NCBI GenBank assembly: GCA_902600205.1 | Contig: CACKIN010000003.1 | Location: forward strand, 15,887 to 79,886 | DNA from: an uncultured Pelagibacteraceae bacterium | GTDB taxonomy: Bacteria > Pseudomonadota > Alphaproteobacteria > Pelagibacterales > Pelagibacteraceae | Direction of reading: 5' to 3' | Length of the DNA stretch: 64,000 nucleotides | Shown here: piece by piece, positions 59,829 through 64,000 of the stretch | Layout of the letters: every line of letters starts with the position of its first letter | How positions within the stretch are numbered: position 1 is the first letter of the stretch | Notes under the pieces: model-generated | What the model was told of the DNA's origin: nothing | What the model saw: only the letters and a program-made list of their open reading frames with translations | The model's database searches: none | Position numbers and translations under genes: made by a program

Positions 59829-61133
59829 ATGAAAAAAATAATGATTTTATTGTTTGTTTCTCTATTTACTTTTTCTGCAAATTCAAATGCTAAGTCAATA
59901 ACATTAGGATGGGCCGCTTGGGACCCTGCTAATGCATTACAAGAACTTACAAAAGAGTTTACAGCAGAGACAGGAATAGATGTTAACTTCGAATTCGTAC
60001 CATGGCCTAATTTTGCTGATCGTATGTTGAACGAACTTAACAACAAAGGTAAAACTTTTGACTTGTTAATTGGTGACTCACAATGGATCGGTGCTGGTGC
60101 AGTGTATGGACACTATGTAAAATTGAATGACTTTTTTGATAAAGAAGGAATTTCAATGAACGATTTCTCACCTGCAACAGTTTATGCGTATTCAACATGG
60201 CCAAAAGGAAGTGAAAACTATTATGCACTACCAGCTATGGGAGATGCATTAGCATGGGCTTATAGAAAAGACTGGTTTGATAGACCTGAGCTTAAATCTG
60301 AATTCAAAAAGAAACATGGTTATGATTTAGGTGTACCTGCTAGTTGGGATCAACTATATGACATGTGTACTTTTTTCCAAGGAAGAGAAATTGATGGTCA
60401 AAAAAGATACGGTGCTGCTATAAATACAGAGCGTGGATCTGAAGGTATTACAATGGGTGTAACTGCAGCTATGTATGCATGGGGTATGGAATATGAAAAT
60501 CCAAACAAACCGTACGATATGGAAGGTTATTTCAATTCTCCGCAAGCAGTAGAAGCTGTAGAGTTCTATAGAAAATTATATGAGGACTGTGCTCCTCCAG
60601 GACACTCTGATGCTTATATGGTAGCAAACTTAGATGCATATAAATCAGGACAAGTAGCATTCCAAATGAACTGGTATGCTTTTTGGCCAGGTGTTTCTAA
60701 AGAAGATAGCGACGGAAGAGTTAGTGGTTTCTTTGCAAATCCAAAACAAAACGTAGCTGCTGCAACATTAGGTGGACAAGGTATATCTGTTGTTAAATAT
60801 TCAGATAAACAAGATCTTGCATTAGAATATATTAAATGGTTTGCAAGACCAGATGTACAGCAAAAATGGTGGGATTTAGGCGGATATTCATGTCATAATG
60901 ATGTATTAAATTCACCATCGTTTCCTACATCTACAGTTTATGCACAAGGTTTCTTGGACTCAATGGGAATTGTCAAAGATTTTTGGCAAGAACCAACATT
61001 TGTTGAGTTAATGTTACCTATGCAGGAAGCTATTCATGATTACGTTGTTAATGGAAAAGGAACTGCTAAAGGCGCTCTAGATAAAATTATCGAAGAGTGG
61101 GTTGAAGTATTTGAAGCAGACGGAAAACTTTAA
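59829..61133 (+). CDS. Carbohydrate ABC transporter substrate-binding protein
   Basis: AGGAG RBS, signal peptide from ATG 59829, DSQWIG, YRKDWF, LGGQG. Confidence 0.9.
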   Translation: MKKIMILLFVSLFTFSANSNAKSITLGWAAWDPANALQELTKEFTAETGIDVNFEFVPWPNFADRMLNELNNKGKTFDLLIGDSQWIGAGAVYGHYVKLNDFFDKEGISMNDFSPATVYAYSTWPKGSENYYALPAMGDALAWAYRKDWFDRPELKSEFKKKHGYDLGVPASWDQLYDMCTFFQGREIDGQKRYGAAINTERGSEGITMGVTAAMYAWGMEYENPNKPYDMEGYFNSPQAVEAVEFYRKLYEDCAPPGHSDAYMVANLDAYKSGQVAFQMNWYAFWPGVSKEDSDGRVSGFFANPKQNVAAATLGGQGISVVKYSDKQDLALEYIKWFARPDVQQKWWDLGGYSCHNDVLNSPSFPTSTVYAQGFLDSMGIVKDFWQEPTFVELMLPMQEAIHDYVVNGKGTAKGALDKIIEEWVEVFEADGKL

Positions 61134-61152
61134 CATTAATATCTAAAAATAT

Positions 61153-61187
61153 AAAAAAAAAGGGGGGTAATATCTCCCCTTTTTTTT
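61153..61187 (+). terminator. Intrinsic terminator/attenuator after the sugar SBP gene
   Basis: A9-GGGGGG-TAATAT-CTCCCC-T8. Confidence 0.75.
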
Positions 61188-61197
61188 AAAAAATCAT

Positions 61198-62097
61198 ATG
61201 AGCGTTAAAAAAAAATTTAAAGGACTTTCTGATAAGGCTGTAGCATGGCTTTTCATTGGACCATCTGTCTTTCTTTTATTGGCGATAAATATTTATCCTT
61301 TGATTTATGCAATCAGAATGTCTTTTACAAATTTTTACGCAAATAAAATTGGGAGAGAACCACAGTTTGTCGGTTTAAAAAATTATATAAAAGTTCTCAA
61401 TAAAGAGGCCATATGGGAAAAAATGCAGGTTACTGCAAACTTTATGTTTTGGACTTTGTTACTTCAGGCAGTAATTGGATTAGGTTTGGCTTTATTATTA
61501 AACAGGAAATTTAAAGGTAATGAATTATTAACCACACTAATAGTATTACCAATGATGTTATCGCCTGCTGTTGTGGGTGTTTTTTGGACTTATCTTTATA
61601 ATCCTCAAGTAGGTTTATTTAATTATGTAGTAAACTTTTTTTACGATTTTGGAAGTTTTGATATGATTGGTTCAAGTGAACTCGCGCCTTGGTCGATAGT
61701 TATAGTTGATACTTGGATGTGGACACCTTTTACAATGTTGATTTGTTTAGCCGGTCTAAGATCAGTTCCAAATTATTTATATGAGGCTGCTGAAGTTGAT
61801 AGGGCTAGTAAATGGCAACAATTTATATACATCACACTACCATCTGTATTACCATTTTTATTATTGGCTTTGTTATTTAGAGGGATTGAGAATTTCAAAA
61901 TGTTTGACATGGTCGTTGAACTTACATCTGGCGGCCCTGGTTCAGCTACAGAGCTCGCCTCAATCAATTTAAAAAGAGAAGCATTTGAAAAATGGAAAAC
62001 CGGTTACAGTTCAGCTTTTGCTGTCATTTTATTTGTAACTATTTTTGGTTTTGGAAATGTTTATGTAAAAGTAATGAATAAAATAAAGGAACGCTGA
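61198..62097 (+). CDS. Carbohydrate ABC permease (MalF-like)
   Basis: FVGLKNY, PMMLSP, DTWMWTPF, LYEAAEVD EAA loop. Confidence 0.92.
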   Translation: MSVKKKFKGLSDKAVAWLFIGPSVFLLLAINIYPLIYAIRMSFTNFYANKIGREPQFVGLKNYIKVLNKEAIWEKMQVTANFMFWTLLLQAVIGLGLALLLNRKFKGNELLTTLIVLPMMLSPAVVGVFWTYLYNPQVGLFNYVVNFFYDFGSFDMIGSSELAPWSIVIVDTWMWTPFTMLICLAGLRSVPNYLYEAAEVDRASKWQQFIYITLPSVLPFLLLALLFRGIENFKMFDMVVELTSGGPGSATELASINLKREAFEKWKTGYSSAFAVILFVTIFGFGNVYVKVMNKIKER

Positions 62098-63041
62098 TGG
62101 ATACATCCAGATCATATTTAGAGCCTTCATCGTTTTCAAAGAAACTTGCTGCAACAATTATTATTGTTTACACAGTAATAACATTGATACCTATTTCCTG
62201 GATGGTAATGACAAGTTTTAAGAATGTTAATAGTGCAATTTCTTATCCACCTGAAGTACTGTTCGAACCATCTTTAGAGGGATATGTTAACTTGTTTACT
62301 AATAGATCAAGGCAATCTCAGGAATATCTTGACTCTTTGCCTGCTCCAGAAACTTGGTATGAAGAATTAGTTAGAAGTAGAGAAATGGTCATAACAGGGC
62401 CATCAAAATTTTTAGGTAGATACTCAAATTCAATGATAATTGGCTTTGGGTCAACTTTCGCATCTGTATTTTTGGGTGCATTAGCGGCGTATGCTTTCTC
62501 GAGATTTAGAGTTCCATTGAAAGATGATTTATTATTTTTTATTCTTTCTACCAGGATGTTTCCACCAATAGCGGTGGCTGTTCCAATATTCATTATGTAT
62601 AGAAAATTAGGATTAGGGGATACTCACCTTGGAATGATCATATTATATACAGTCGTAAATTTAAGTTTAGCAGTATGGCTATTAAAAGGATTTATGGATG
62701 AAATTCCTAAAGAATACGAAGAAGCAGCTATGATTGATGGATATTCTAGACTTCAAGCGTTCTTTAAAGTTGTTCTTCCACAAGCGATGACTGGTATTGC
62801 TGCAACAGCAATCTTTTGCATGATTTTTTCATGGAACGAATATGCATTTGCTGTTCTCCTCACTCAATTTAACGCACAAACAGCTCCACCATTCATCCCG
62901 ACAATTATAGGAGAAGGAGGTTTGGATTGGCCTGCTATTGGGGCTGGTACAACTTTATTTTTATTACCAGTGATGATTTTTACAATTATTTTAAGAAAAC
63001 ACCTTTTGAGAGGTATTACTTTTGGAGCAGTGAGAAAATAA
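62097..63041 (+). CDS. Carbohydrate ABC permease (MalG-like)
   Basis: AAYAFSRF, IPKEYEEAAMIDG, FSWNEY. Confidence 0.92.
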   Translation: MDTSRSYLEPSSFSKKLAATIIIVYTVITLIPISWMVMTSFKNVNSAISYPPEVLFEPSLEGYVNLFTNRSRQSQEYLDSLPAPETWYEELVRSREMVITGPSKFLGRYSNSMIIGFGSTFASVFLGALAAYAFSRFRVPLKDDLLFFILSTRMFPPIAVAVPIFIMYRKLGLGDTHLGMIILYTVVNLSLAVWLLKGFMDEIPKEYEEAAMIDGYSRLQAFFKVVLPQAMTGIAATAIFCMIFSWNEYAFAVLLTQFNAQTAPPFIPTIIGEGGLDWPAIGAGTTLFLLPVMIFTIILRKHLLRGITFGAVRK

Positions 63042-63232
63042 TGCAAGAAGAAAAATCATTAATGAGAAAAATATTTAGAAGAGTTTACTGGGAAAATTTA
63101 TCTACAGTATTAATTTTATTAGGAGTTTTCATGTTATTGCAACCATTTGCAATGTGGATGTATACTTACTCATTTATTGTAATTTTAGTTGGAACTATAG
63201 GTTTCGTAATCACAAGTCACTTTCCGGATTAA
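63041..63232 (+). CDS. Small two-TM membrane protein within the sugar ABC operon (63 aa)
   Basis: TAATG coupling at 63039-63043; MQEEKSLMRK...LLQPF...ITSHFPD. Confidence 0.72.
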   Translation: MQEEKSLMRKIFRRVYWENLSTVLILLGVFMLLQPFAMWMYTYSFIVILVGTIGFVITSHFPD

Positions 63233-63233
63233 T

Positions 63234-64000
63234 ATGTCTAAAATTAAAATAGTAAATTTACAAAAATCATTTGGAGATTTCACTGCAGTTAAAAATTCTA
63301 ATTTAACAATTAATGATAAAGAGTTTTTTGTTCTGCTTGGCCCATCTGGATGTGGAAAAACAACAACTCTAAGAATGATTGCTGGATTAGAATTACCAAC
63401 ATCAGGAGAAATTTATTTAGGAGATGAAGAAGTTGGAATGTTAAGAGCATCTGAGAGAGATATTGCCTTCGTTTTTCAATTGTTTGCCCTCTATCCACAT
63501 ATGAATGTAAAAAATAACCTATCTTTTCCACTTAAAATGCAAGGTTATAGTAGAAGTGAAATTAAAACTAGAGTTGAAGAAGCAGCAAAACTTTTAAGAA
63601 TTGATCATATTTTAAACTCCAACATTTCTTCTTTATCGGGTGGAGATAGACAACGTGTAGCTCTTGGTAGAGCTTTAGTGAGAAGACCAAAAGCATTTTT
63701 AATGGATGAGCCTTTAGGTACTTTGGATGCAGAATTTAGAGAATTAATGTGTTTAGAGCTTAAGAAATTACATATCGATGTTGGCGCTACCACTGTTTAT
63801 GTAACACACGATCAATTAGAGGCAATGTCATTAGCTGATCGTATTGCCGTAATGGATGGTGGTGAAATTTTACAAGCTGATGAACCTTCAGTAATCTATA
63901 ATAAACCTGCTACCAAATTTGTAGCATCATTTATTGGCTCCCCTGGAATGAATTTTATAAGTATTGATCAAGGGATTTCCAATGAACAGTCGACTTTAAA
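63234..64000 (+). CDS. Carbohydrate ABC transporter ATP-binding protein (MalK-like), runs off the window end
   Basis: Manual translation: MSKIKIVNLQKSFG...GPSGCGKTT...FQLFALYPHM...LSGGDRQRVALGR...MDEP...VTHDQ. Confidence 0.93.
   Translation, partial: MSKIKIVNLQKSFGDFTAVKNSNLTINDKEFFVLLGPSGCGKTTTLRMIAGLELPTSGEIYLGDEEVGMLRASERDIAFVFQLFALYPHMNVKNNLSFPLKMQGYSRSEIKTRVEEAAKLLRIDHILNSNISSLSGGDRQRVALGRALVRRPKAFLMDEPLGTLDAEFRELMCLELKKLHIDVGATTVYVTHDQLEAMSLADRIAVMDGGEILQADEPSVIYNKPATKFVASFIGSPGMNFISIDQGISNEQSTL

Noticed and set aside
367-63793. Numerous short ORF-track entries antisense to or nested in long genes (e.g. 367-567, 8343-8684, 14714-15106, 19735-20088, 35617-35988, 59058-59489)
   Set aside because: Shadow ORFs fully overlapping well-supported genes, with no recognisable motifs
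1-64000. CRISPR arrays, tRNA/rRNA genes, IS elements
   Set aside because: No spaced direct repeats, GC-rich structured RNA segments or transposase ORFs; all intergenic gaps are short (under about 200 nt)

Overview
AT-rich, very gene-dense alphaproteobacterial chromosome segment. Gene content, tiny intergenic gaps and composition point to a SAR11/Pelagibacterales-type genome (inferred, not searched). The window is dominated by one-carbon and methylated-osmolyte metabolism: fhs, a heterotetrameric sarcosine oxidase/N-methylglutamate dehydrogenase-like operon, a BT1 folate carrier, a DmdA-like demethylase with an atypical MetF, a ProX/ProW transporter without ATPase, BHMT, three DMGDH/SARDH paralogues, EtfBA/ETF-QO, folE and acuI. 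It also carries purEK, hisI, guaC, tldD/pmbA, a Fur-boxed Fe(III) ABC transporter and a sugar ABC system with a divergent Gfo/Idh/MocA + TIM-barrel pair. The best candidate for an undescribed system is the divergent island at about 15.0-27.0 kb (transporter, demethylases, orphan Rieske oxygenase, SAM methyltransferase, SET protein, DddP-like enzyme, kinase + HxGH nucleotidyltransferase pair). Second is an uncharacterised four-gene operon at 11.0-14.4 kb that includes a CxxC-CxxC micro-protein missing from the ORF track. No rRNA, tRNA, CRISPR array, transposase or integrase was seen. All functional calls come from motif recognition by eye; no database search was run.
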